Below are positions 47,501-55,285 of a stretch of DNA of 64,000 nucleotides, in pieces. The notes beneath the pieces were generated by a model, which ran no database searches, had not been told where the DNA came from, and saw nothing but the letters and a program-made list of their open reading frames with translations. The stretch is from Clostridia bacterium (GTDB taxonomy: Bacteria; Bacillota; Clostridia; Oscillospirales; Acutalibacteraceae), in the NCBI GenBank assembly GCA_017397845.1, contig JAFQHU010000011.1:5666-69665 (forward strand), read 5' to 3'. Numbering within the stretch: the stretch's first letter is position 1; the number at the start of each line of letters is the position of its first letter. Position numbers and translations under genes: made by a program.

Positions 47501-50500
47501 GGTACAGCACAGGTAAAGGGTCTTGGTTTCATTCCCATCACACTTACTCTTAATATCGATCCCATCACTCTTGTTCTTAACTTCCAGGGTAACGATGGTT
47601 GGGACAACGCTCTTGCTCCCATTTTTGAAGCTCTCGGCCTCACCAATATTCCTCATAGCCATGAGCTTAATACCACCAGAAAGCTTCTTGAAAAAGGTCT
47701 TTTTGCTATGATTGACCAGCTTATCAGTAAGGTAGCAGAAGCTCCCGTAACCTTCATTCTTGAGGCTCTTCCGAATCTTGCTTATGCTCTTGAGGGTGGT
47801 CTTGTTGAGCCTCTTCTGAGTATGCTTAAGACAGAAATCAGCTACTATGCTGACGCTGCATACACAGGTACTCTTGGTGATAATCAACTTGCAGCAAGTG
47901 TTCTTAAGGAAGCCATGAAATCAGAAGAACCTATCAAGATTAACATCGGTGAAATGATTAACCTTGAGGATATGGGTCTCGACATCAGCTCCTTCCAGGC
48001 TATTTGGGATATGATCGCAGGCGGCGTTGAGCTTCTCGCAGGTATGGAAGCTCCCGATGCAGGTAAGATCGCAACTATGGGTAAACTCGTAGAGAGAAAC
48101 ACCAACAGAAGCGCTAAAACCTATAACCACGGCTCAGCAGACAAAGCTTACCACATCGAAGCTAACAAGGCAGACGTTCTTGTATATCTTCTTAAGTATG
48201 TTCTCGGCAGCGGTCTTATCGACGGACTCGTAGAGAATCCCGAAGGTATCATAGCTGACCTTCTTACAAATCTCAATGAAAATCCCGATGTAATTCTTGC
48301 TGCGGTTGTCGAGCTCTTCAATCAGAAGGAATATGACACTCTCAGAAACTTCGAATGGTTCGAAGGCTATATTAACGGTGAATCCGTGATAGGTAACTCA
48401 GCTAACGCTATTTACCTTAATCCTGAAAACGATTGGACCGAAGAGAAGGCACAGTATCTTTATGAAAACCTTGATTCTATCGTATCTGCTGTCCTTACTA
48501 TGGCTAAGCTCGACCTCGATAAGGAAACAGAGGAGCTTGAAACACTCGGTGATTTCATCGGCGGTGCTATCGGCGGTCTTCTCAGTGACAAGACACTCAC
48601 AGCTCTTGCTAAGCTTCTCGGAAGCCTCGCTGACATTAACAGCCTCATCGCAGGCGAAGATGCTGCAGAGCCTCTTCCAGTTGATGTTGCAGCTCTCCTC
48701 ACAGAATTCCTCGGCATTGATTTGAGCGTTTACGCTGACTATGCAGACATCGCAGAAGATGAAATCGTTGACTTCGGCGTAGATGCAGGTACAGTTACCT
48801 TTGCTGAGGCTCTCGCTGATATGCTCGCACCTCTTTCTCCCGTTCTTGACTTCATTCTCGCAGGTGAAAACCTCGTTATCACCGTTGAAGACGAAACAGT
48901 AGAGCTTGTAGGTTATGACGGCTATAACAACGCTATCATTCCTATTCTTGAAGCTCTCGGCTGTGATGTTGCAGTAAATCCCGAAAACGCACTTGAAGCT
49001 GTTATCACAGCTCTTATGGGCAAGATTGAAGCTATCACAAAGTCAGAAACACTCATCAAGGATATCATCGATCTTCTTCCCGGTGTATTCTATTTCATCG
49101 CATCTAAGGGCCTTTCAGTTTCCGTAAGAAACCTTCTCCAGCCCGTATATGTAATCCTAGATACCGTCAGACCTGTATTTGATCTTGACCTCAATGCTAC
49201 CATCAATGATCTTCTTCCCGAAGACTTCGGCATTATGCTCAATATCGATGATATCGGTCTTGACCTCGTATTCGATCTTCTTAAGAAGTTCGTTCCCGAA
49301 CTTGACCTTTCAGGTCTTAAGGATGTTATCTATGACATCTGCTACAATGTAGGCACTGAATATGAATCCGTTTCCACACTCCAGGATAATTGGAAGAAGG
49401 GTGCATTCGGCGATAATTTCAGCGCTGCTGACCTTCTCACAGTAGTTCTTTCATTCGTTCTCGAATGGGCTACCGTCGAAGAAAACGGAGAAAAGCTCGA
49501 CGAAATGCTCGGCACAGAAGATCTCATCGCAAATATCGGTAAGGTATTTGAGGATGTAGAAATTGCATACGGTACACCGAATTGGATGTATTGGTTCGCA
49601 ACAGAGGAAGAATTCAATTCCTATGTGGAGGGTAACACAGAGCTTCCCAATACACTTCTTTCTCTCACATATCCTAACGATTGGTCAGAGGAGGCAGCTG
49701 CTTATATTGCTGACAACCTTGCTTCTCTCGTTGATATGGTGATTTCTCTCATCGAAATCGACGGCACCAAGTACGCTTCGGTTGCTGAACTTATTGATGC
49801 GAAGCTCGATGTATTCAATGCTGAAACAATCAACAGCATCATTGGTCTTATCGCAGACCTTCTTAAGGATGTAGACGATAATCTCCTTTCAGTAGGTTAT
49901 CTTCTCGATGTAGATGTAGTAGGTCTTAAGAACTACACATGCACAGCAGAAATCACTGACGTCAAGTCCTTTACTCAGGAACTCGCAAACATTCTTACAA
50001 AATACGCACACGGTCTCGTTAACTGGCTCTTCTTTGGTGATGACTTCAGATTTGCTAAGAAGTCTGACAAGACAGATACTATTGTAATCAACGGTGGCGA
50101 AGGCTATGAAAAGGGTCTTGCTCTCGTTCTCGAAGCACTCGGCTGTGACCTTCCCGAAAAGGCAACAACCGAAACAGTTCTTCTTGCTCTTGCTGCAAGA
50201 GTTGAAGAAATCCTTGCTTCTCCCGTAAACGAAGTTATAGACCTTCTTCCCAATCTCGTTTACTTCCTTAACGCTGACGGTGCATCCGTAGCCGTTAATA
50301 ACCTTCTCGCTCCCGTTTATGCACTTCTCGATAAGCTCGCAGTGCTTGGCGTTGAGCTTGATCTTGCAACTCTTCTCGGCTTCGACCTTAAGTATCTCTC
50401 ACTTGCAGATATCCTTGCTCTCGTTAAGGATAAGACAGGTCTTGACATCTCTGCAGCTGAAGAAATTCTCGTAAATCTCTGCTTCGGTAAAATTGAACAG

Positions 50501-53461
50501 GCAGAATATACTTACAAAATGGTTGCAGAAAGAAAAGATGTTGTAACAGTTGTTCTTACCACAGCACTTCTTCTTGTTAAAGATGAGGACTTTGCAGCCA
50601 AACTCGAAGAAATGATGGGAACAGAACTTATTTCTGCGATTGTTGAAGTATTTGAATCCGCTCCCGTAACCTATAAGACACCTGATTGGTATGCTCTCGA
50701 TGAAAGCGATATCGATTATGATAACGAAACAGTCGGCGTAATCAAGTATGCTATCACTTATCCTAACAACTGGACGGAAGAAAGTGCCAAGTATCTTGCT
50801 GACAATCTCGTTTCCGTCGGAGATATGGTTGCAGGCATTATCGACAGCAACTATGATTCTCTCGGTGCACTTCTCGCTGACAAGGTAAATATCTACACGG
50901 CAGATACTCTTAAGGCTATTCAGAATCTTCTCGGTGATCTCATCGGCGGCCTTGATGAAAATCTTAAAGAACTTGTAAATGTAGGTCTCGGCGCTGCAGA
51001 TGCACTCCTCGGTGCAGATGTTCAGGGTCTTCTGGATTACGATGTATCCTCCGTAAATGATAAGGCATCCTTTATAGCTGCCCTTACCGGCATGCTTATG
51101 GAGGTTGAGGGTCTTGTTGACTGGCTTCTTCTCGGTCAAAGCTACGAGCTCTTTGTTGATGACGTAAATGCAAACGGTGTATATGATGAAGGCGAAGCAA
51201 TCATCACACTCAATGGCGGTCACGGTTATGCTGAAGGTCTTGCACTTGTACTCGAAGCACTTGGTGTCGAAAATCTTCCCGATGTTTATGCGATGGAAGA
51301 AATCGATACCGAAGCAGTGGTAGGTGACGTTCTTAACGCTGTATTTGACAGAGTTGACGCTGTCTTCAATAACCCCGTGGAAGAAGTATTCGAAATTCTT
51401 CCCAATGTTCTCTATTTCATCAATGCAAACGGACTTACCGTAGCAATAGAAAACCTCATCGGTGCCGTAAACGCACTTCTCATCAAGCTTGAAGGCTTAG
51501 GTGTTGAGCTTGATATTGCATCTCTTGTAAACTTCAGTGAAATTCTCGGTGTTGAAACTGAGCTTGCTCTTGATAACATCACAATAGAAGCCGTGATTGA
51601 TCTCGTTGCTGAGCTTACAGGTCTTAACCTTGATGCGGTTGCAGATGTACTTGTCGGCTTTGCACTTGGCAGAGTTGCCGCTTATGATTCAGTAAGCAGT
51701 GCAGACATCACAGCGAAAATGTATTATCACGATGATTTCGCCAAATATGATATGATCACCGTGCTTGCTACAGTAGCCATTATCATCCTTACAGATGAAG
51801 CTAATGCTGAAAAGGTTAAGGATATGCTCGGTGAAGATATTTATCAGGTAGTACTCAATCTTGTAAATATGGGCGAAGTTGAAATTCAGGAATTCAATTG
51901 GATGTTCACAAGTGAAGAAACCGGCGGTAACAGAGTTGGCGAAACCTTCTCTGCACTCGAAAGCTCCGAAGTCTTCGCAGGACATTCCTACGGTCCCACC
52001 TTCACAGAGGAAATGGCTCAGTACATCGCTGATAATTTTGGCAAATTTGTAGATAATGTTATTTACCTTCTCGGTATTGACATTAACAGCGACGGAAAGG
52101 CAGAGACTAACCTTACAGAAACCATTAACAGCTTGCTTAACGGTTCGCTTTACAATAGTGAAAATGTAATTGCTGTCCGTGATGCTCTTGCGGGTGTGCT
52201 TGCAAATCTTACAGAGCTTCAGGTTAACGGCAAGGTAGTAGGCGGTCTTATCGCTGACGTTCTCAAAACAACAGGTATCGCAGATATCGCAGCAGTAGCT
52301 GAAGTTGAAATTCCCGAATTCAAAGAAGACAGAGCACAGTTTGTTGCCTTTCTCTGCGATGTTCTTGAACCTCTTTACGGTATACTCAGATACGTTCTTG
52401 CTGACGAAGATTTCACCTTCTTCGTAAATGCAGAAAAGAGCGATGCGATCACTCTTAAGGGTGCAGAAGGCTATGCATACGGTATCCTTCCTCTTCTCGA
52501 AACTCTCGAATGTGAAGGCATACTTGCTCCCGCTGATTACTATGCTGCTGTAGAGGCTGACGGTGATGTGCTTCTCACATCCATCCTTAATCCTCTTCTT
52601 GACAGAGTAGATGTAATTCTTGAAGCTCCTGCAGATGAAATTCTTGCGATGCTTCCGAACCTTATCTACTTCATCAATTCAAACGGTGTTGACACAGTAG
52701 TCAAAAACACACTTAATGCAGTCTATGCACTTCTTGCTGCTATTGAGCCGATTGCCAAGATTGATCTTTATGAGCTTATCGGTGTAGATCTTGCCGTAAT
52801 TGATTTCGAATGGCTTCTCGATAAGCTTCTCGAAGTAATCAAAGATGCTACAGGCTACGAATTCACTGTCGAAGATATCGACTATATCTTGGAGCTTACT
52901 GTCGGTAAGCTTGAAGCTTACGATTCACTTAACGGAAAGACCGCTTATAAGATGGTTTATTCAGAGGGTGAAATCGGTGACTCAAAAGAGCTTGTGGTTG
53001 TCGTACTCAGACTCATAGTAACCTTTATCGCAAATGAGAACAACGCTGAGCTTCTCGTAGGTCTTCTCAGAGATAATCTCGGTATGTCTGCAGAGGTAGA
53101 GGAATTTGTTCGCGGACTTCTCACCGTTTTGGTTGAATGTATTTCCGGAACTAAGCTCGGTGTCGATGTTGCACTTTCCACTCTTTACTATGTATTCTTC
53201 GGTATAGATAAGGGTGTAGGAGAAGCAGTCGGCGGTACAAAAACACTTGATCAGCTTTGGAGAGATGCTTTGTCCGACCTCAGAAGAGAAAATGAGGGCG
53301 TGGCAGACATGATTGAGGATATTCTCGGTTGGGATATCTTTGAGGATGTTATTTCTCCCGACGGCATCGCTCCCAACGGACTTATCGCATTCTTCCAAAA
53401 GATTATATCCTGGTTCCAGACAATCGTAGCATGGTTCAAAAGCTTCTTTAAAATAGCTTAA
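44579..53461 (+). CDS. Giant secreted acidic repeat protein, 2,960 aa, function unknown
   Basis: Uninterrupted 8.9-kb ORF with SD AGGAGG (44567-44572). Signal-peptide-like N-terminus KKLLSVLLAVIMIMTSMSVCFGTVSFAAG, five internal ~375-440-aa modules, and the amphipathic C-terminus LIAFFQKIISWFQTIVAWFKSFFKIA. Confidence 0.85.
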   Translation: MLVTKREVKQTSKKLLSVLLAVIMIMTSMSVCFGTVSFAAGKDVDVTALADALKYDSIKNASFSGSANNYTVSDPDGKVLAAVDAYFAVVDAMANKTPTNQNPSTGTSSTNQTGESSDKTYRTINHLNARVKTLLSNKMGGDYTTYNVDAFITGLLAGSTVSEGTSKKTVGPATSNNTAKPATPLAAAPDVKLTVMMESAVTGYTLDTLPDSVVTSKTYTVKHANTNYDYKFTYTAATKDSCGNSNNDQKYQHDYWFYYNYSSYSAEDGASKSTQTIKNTQSTLETYADYFSMGMDALYAVPASTLDTVSTAVKNAKANVVSGFGAGVYSHFFSSYNVEKLTGDIIIAKEIQVLAPKLLKAYEEMEKGYDDIINDKDALNTLAQTVKTAMDAYDAASADAKTYVTEAGFIRTEAATFYSKVLREIELIELRELVEEITEGIKPYAFYTEDGIDEGTVTSKMIGDALTAVSGYQTRLAKYNTADVDDINPGIRGGLFDLKNVLNTLSVAAGYNDQFSAQYAKFASEIFSVTDANGDIGTLLSALQSYDGWYTGLKSLIAEMKSVLGEELADKLFDDLNDVMTERMDDAYVALNALLEAQIDYAYDLFKAYTSAYGEKVSMATVSEYRAMQASIGLINADAYSLLNGTANFEISDEAVAKYEEMQKDFPEYEEFLDSHGFSTYQQTFMPDLERPDTEKDIARENEDGVYKTSDAEIEKIINLLDNLLQNDAVKELLGSLINKDEETGEPTGEPFDIADLISGLLEDVVYTDSLINTIVQYVYPLVCKEFAKVWAGLPSTFTALGVETGVSLAPTADVKDCPLYLDDVEKAIGSVGVYLSPVKLAENLKKNNDYKGYTQVIAKLESATTKAVYNLNGEGDADDTFQNPWEDANLFTNVYDEVTGEQVFNDDGTPKQVYDLNWGVDEATDKKAAFINAACAALSGLEPLLMAIIADTTYVNPNTTGTDARGSKIGTGKGTAQVKGLGFIPITLTLNIDPITLVLNFQGNDGWDNALAPIFEALGLTNIPHSHELNTTRKLLEKGLFAMIDQLISKVAEAPVTFILEALPNLAYALEGGLVEPLLSMLKTEISYYADAAYTGTLGDNQLAASVLKEAMKSEEPIKINIGEMINLEDMGLDISSFQAIWDMIAGGVELLAGMEAPDAGKIATMGKLVERNTNRSAKTYNHGSADKAYHIEANKADVLVYLLKYVLGSGLIDGLVENPEGIIADLLTNLNENPDVILAAVVELFNQKEYDTLRNFEWFEGYINGESVIGNSANAIYLNPENDWTEEKAQYLYENLDSIVSAVLTMAKLDLDKETEELETLGDFIGGAIGGLLSDKTLTALAKLLGSLADINSLIAGEDAAEPLPVDVAALLTEFLGIDLSVYADYADIAEDEIVDFGVDAGTVTFAEALADMLAPLSPVLDFILAGENLVITVEDETVELVGYDGYNNAIIPILEALGCDVAVNPENALEAVITALMGKIEAITKSETLIKDIIDLLPGVFYFIASKGLSVSVRNLLQPVYVILDTVRPVFDLDLNATINDLLPEDFGIMLNIDDIGLDLVFDLLKKFVPELDLSGLKDVIYDICYNVGTEYESVSTLQDNWKKGAFGDNFSAADLLTVVLSFVLEWATVEENGEKLDEMLGTEDLIANIGKVFEDVEIAYGTPNWMYWFATEEEFNSYVEGNTELPNTLLSLTYPNDWSEEAAAYIADNLASLVDMVISLIEIDGTKYASVAELIDAKLDVFNAETINSIIGLIADLLKDVDDNLLSVGYLLDVDVVGLKNYTCTAEITDVKSFTQELANILTKYAHGLVNWLFFGDDFRFAKKSDKTDTIVINGGEGYEKGLALVLEALGCDLPEKATTETVLLALAARVEEILASPVNEVIDLLPNLVYFLNADGASVAVNNLLAPVYALLDKLAVLGVELDLATLLGFDLKYLSLADILALVKDKTGLDISAAEEILVNLCFGKIEQAEYTYKMVAERKDVVTVVLTTALLLVKDEDFAAKLEEMMGTELISAIVEVFESAPVTYKTPDWYALDESDIDYDNETVGVIKYAITYPNNWTEESAKYLADNLVSVGDMVAGIIDSNYDSLGALLADKVNIYTADTLKAIQNLLGDLIGGLDENLKELVNVGLGAADALLGADVQGLLDYDVSSVNDKASFIAALTGMLMEVEGLVDWLLLGQSYELFVDDVNANGVYDEGEAIITLNGGHGYAEGLALVLEALGVENLPDVYAMEEIDTEAVVGDVLNAVFDRVDAVFNNPVEEVFEILPNVLYFINANGLTVAIENLIGAVNALLIKLEGLGVELDIASLVNFSEILGVETELALDNITIEAVIDLVAELTGLNLDAVADVLVGFALGRVAAYDSVSSADITAKMYYHDDFAKYDMITVLATVAIIILTDEANAEKVKDMLGEDIYQVVLNLVNMGEVEIQEFNWMFTSEETGGNRVGETFSALESSEVFAGHSYGPTFTEEMAQYIADNFGKFVDNVIYLLGIDINSDGKAETNLTETINSLLNGSLYNSENVIAVRDALAGVLANLTELQVNGKVVGGLIADVLKTTGIADIAAVAEVEIPEFKEDRAQFVAFLCDVLEPLYGILRYVLADEDFTFFVNAEKSDAITLKGAEGYAYGILPLLETLECEGILAPADYYAAVEADGDVLLTSILNPLLDRVDVILEAPADEILAMLPNLIYFINSNGVDTVVKNTLNAVYALLAAIEPIAKIDLYELIGVDLAVIDFEWLLDKLLEVIKDATGYEFTVEDIDYILELTVGKLEAYDSLNGKTAYKMVYSEGEIGDSKELVVVVLRLIVTFIANENNAELLVGLLRDNLGMSAEVEEFVRGLLTVLVECISGTKLGVDVALSTLYYVFFGIDKGVGEAVGGTKTLDQLWRDALSDLRRENEGVADMIEDILGWDIFEDVISPDGIAPNGLIAFFQKIISWFQTIVAWFKSFFKIA
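47588..53461 (+). repeat. Five divergent protein-level tandem modules inside the giant ORF
   Basis: Anchor motifs begin at nt 47588, 48911, 50093, 51215 and 52460: GNDGWDNALAPIFEALG, GYDGYNNAIIPILEALG, GGEGYEKGLALVLEALG, GGHGYAEGLALVLEALG and GAEGYAYGILPLLETLE. Confidence 0.75.
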
Positions 53462-53495
53462 CCGGCGATATAATCATACGGATAAAAACAACGAA

Positions 53496-53527
53496 GGGCA
53501 GTCGCTTAAATGCGGCTGCCCTTTATA
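53496..53527 (+). terminator. Rho-independent terminator after the giant ORF
   Basis: 10-bp stem GGGCAGTCGC / GCGGCTGCCC (one G-U pair) followed by TTTATACTT. Confidence 0.7.
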
Positions 53528-53542
53528 CTTCTAAGCTTTCAT

Positions 53543-53580
53543 AAAAAAATACAGCCGGAATACTACGGCTGCATTTTTTC
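53543..53580. terminator. Bidirectional terminator (serves the minus-strand rubredoxin operon)
   Basis: CAGCCG / CGGCTG stem flanked by an A7 run and a T6 run. Confidence 0.55.
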
Positions 53581-53595
53581 ATTTTATCATGATTT

Positions 53596-53751
53596 TTATT
53601 CTTCTTCGAATGAATCTTTGTCGAGTCCGCAAACGGGGCATACCCAATCTTCGGGAACATCCTCCCATTTCGTATTGGCAACTACACCGTTTTCGGGATC
53701 GCCGAGCTCAGGGTCGTATACGTAACCGCAAGGACAAATATATTTTTTCAT
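53596..53751 (-). CDS. Rubredoxin (51 aa), missed by the ORF track size cut-off
   Basis: Reverse-strand translation gives [51 protein letters not shown], with the two CxxCG knuckles and SD GGAGG. Confidence 0.9.
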   Translation of the reverse strand: MKKYICPCGYVYDPELGDPENGVVANTKWEDVPEDWVCPVCGLDKDSFEEE

Positions 53752-53775
53752 AAGTTATTACCTCCATTAATATTA

Positions 53776-53988
53776 TTATGCTTTATAAGGACGGTGTTTA
53801 GTCATAATTTCAGAAATTGCGTCTAATATTTTATCGTGGCAACCTCCGCAGCCTGTAGAGCAGTGAGTTATTTCCTGCACCTCTTTAAAAGCCTTTTCCA
53901 CACTTTCAAATTTTTCAGATTTATTGAGCACATCTTCCACATCGAAAAAGCTTACCTGCTTGCATTTGCATATAGTATAATCAAACAT
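53776..53988 (-). CDS. BFD-like [2Fe-2S]-binding domain protein
   Basis: Start moved to ATG at 53988 (SD AAAGGAG). Four-Cys pattern ICKC...CSTGCGGC is typical of BFD-like domains. 70 aa. Confidence 0.6.
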   Translation of the reverse strand: MFDYTICKCKQVSFFDVEDVLNKSEKFESVEKAFKEVQEITHCSTGCGGCHDKILDAISEIMTKHRPYKA

Positions 53989-54109
53989 AAACTCCACTCC
54001 TTTTAAAAATAGGGGATGCGGTAAAATTCGCACCCCCTCAGTATTATTTTTCGGGTTAACGATTAACCGGATTTTTTTATGTAGGGGAGGATATTATCCT
54101 CCCGGATAA

Positions 54110-54649
54110 TTAACCGAAATATCTGTTAAGCAGACCTTCGAATGCCTTACCGTGTCTTGCTTCGTCTCTTGCCATTTCGTGAACGGTGTCGTGGATAGCG
54201 TCGAGACCGAGATCTTTAGCCATTTTAGCAAGATCGAATTTGCCCTGAGTAGCACCGTTTTCGGCGGCAACTCTCATTTCAAGGTTTTTCTTTGTGCTGT
54301 CGGTTACAACCTCACCGAGAAGCTCTGCAAACTTTGCAGCGTGCTCTGCTTCTTCATAAGCTGCCTTTTCCCAATAGAGACCGATTTCGGGGTAGCCTTC
54401 TCTGTGAGCCACTCTTGCCATAGCGAGATACATACCGACTTCTGAGCATTCGCCGTTGAAGTTGTCACGAAGACCCATGATGATTTCTTCGGGAACGTTT
54501 GCTTCTTTGCCTACGCCGAGGATGTGTTCAGCTGCCCATGTCATACCTGCGCCTTCTTCTCTTTCTTTCATCTTAGCTTTGCAGATGGGGCATACATCGA
54601 TTTTTTCGTCACTTTCGTAACCGCATACGGGACAATAATACTTTTTCAT
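54110..54649 (-). CDS. Reverse rubrerythrin (N-terminal rubredoxin-like CxxC pairs + ferritin-like di-iron domain)
   Basis: Start moved to ATG at 54649 (SD GGAGGAAAG). [11 protein letters not shown]...CPIC is followed by di-iron ligand motifs (E...EEAEH, E...DEARH). Confidence 0.9.
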   Translation of the reverse strand: MKKYYCPVCGYESDEKIDVCPICKAKMKEREEGAGMTWAAEHILGVGKEANVPEEIIMGLRDNFNGECSEVGMYLAMARVAHREGYPEIGLYWEKAAYEEAEHAAKFAELLGEVVTDSTKKNLEMRVAAENGATQGKFDLAKMAKDLGLDAIHDTVHEMARDEARHGKAFEGLLNRYFG

Positions 54650-54669
54650 TTTTCTTTCCTCCGAAATAA

Positions 54670-55059
54670 TTATTTTTTGTTTGAGCTTTTGCAATCGGGG
54701 CAGATGCCGTAGAACATCAATGAATGAGATGTTACAGTGCCATCAAAGTCGCGGGGGAGTGAATCAAGATTTACTCCCGGATCGATATCCAAATCAATAA
54801 CCTGTCTGCAGTTGATGCAGGTCAGGTGATAATGACCGTGAGTGTGCCCGTCAAATCTGTCGCTGTCACCGGTGGGGATTTTCAGGATTAAACCTTCGCT
54901 TTCTAAAAGCTTCAGGTTCCTGTACACTGTGGCAAGACTGATAGATGGGATTACCTCTTTTACTGCGAGGAAGATATCCTCCGCGGTCGGATGATCGTAC
55001 CGTGACTGTAAATTTGCCAGCACCGCATCCCGTTGCTTACTGGATTTAAGTGTTGACAT
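54670..55059 (-). CDS. Fur family transcriptional regulator (PerR-like by context)
   Basis: Start moved to ATG at 55059. It has a winged helix ([12 protein letters not shown]), [11 protein letters not shown] and a C-terminal CPDC pair. It lies upstream of rubrerythrin and rubredoxin. Confidence 0.85.
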   Translation of the reverse strand: MSTLKSSKQRDAVLANLQSRYDHPTAEDIFLAVKEVIPSISLATVYRNLKLLESEGLILKIPTGDSDRFDGHTHGHYHLTCINCRQVIDLDIDPGVNLDSLPRDFDGTVTSHSLMFYGICPDCKSSNKK

Positions 55060-55090
55060 AATGTCCGCTCCAATCGTTTGCATTTAATAA

Positions 55091-55105
55091 TGATAATTAT
55101 TATCA
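55091..55105. promoter_or_regulatory. Fur-family 7-1-7 operator box
   Basis: TGATAAT-T-ATTATCA is a perfect inverted repeat identical to the Bacillus-type Fur 7-1-7 consensus. It lies just downstream of the predicted -10 of the regulator's own promoter. Confidence 0.7.
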
Positions 55106-55118
55106 TTATCATGGCTTT

Positions 55119-55147
55119 ATAATAGCATAAGATTTTTCTGTTGTCAA
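55119..55147 (-). promoter_or_regulatory. Sigma-A type promoter of the perR-rbr-bfd-rd operon
   Basis: On the minus strand: TTGACA (55147-55142), 17-nt spacer, TATTAT (55124-55119). Confidence 0.6.
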
Positions 55148-55168
55148 TAGTTTTTTGAAAAATTTTTT

Positions 55169-55285
55169 GAGAAATATCTCTCAGTCACTTCGTGACAGCT
55201 CTCCTTTCATGAGAGCCTGATTAAGCCTCGCCTGAAAGGAGAGGTGGATGCGACCAACGGGAGCAGACGGAGAGGTCTCTATCAC
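55169..55285. other. GC-richer structured intergenic element (nested/alternative hairpins)
   Basis: Hairpins GTCAC-TTC-GTGAC (55184-55196) and GCTCTC-CTTTCAT-GAGAGC (55198-55216), plus the alternative 11-bp pairing CTCTCCTTTCA (55199-55209) / TGAAAGGAGAG (55233-55243). Confidence 0.3.

Noticed and set aside
50399-51223. 274-aa minus-strand ORF, plus several 60-140-aa ORFs on both strands inside 44579-53461
   Set aside because: All of them are nested within the giant ORF, whose frame is continuous and shows periodic, conserved protein repeats. The nested ORFs have shadow-ORF composition and no translation signals.
53510-53725. 71-aa plus-strand ORF in the track
   Set aside because: The same DNA on the minus strand encodes a textbook rubredoxin (53596-53751) with an SD. 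The plus-strand ORF also runs through two terminator hairpins.
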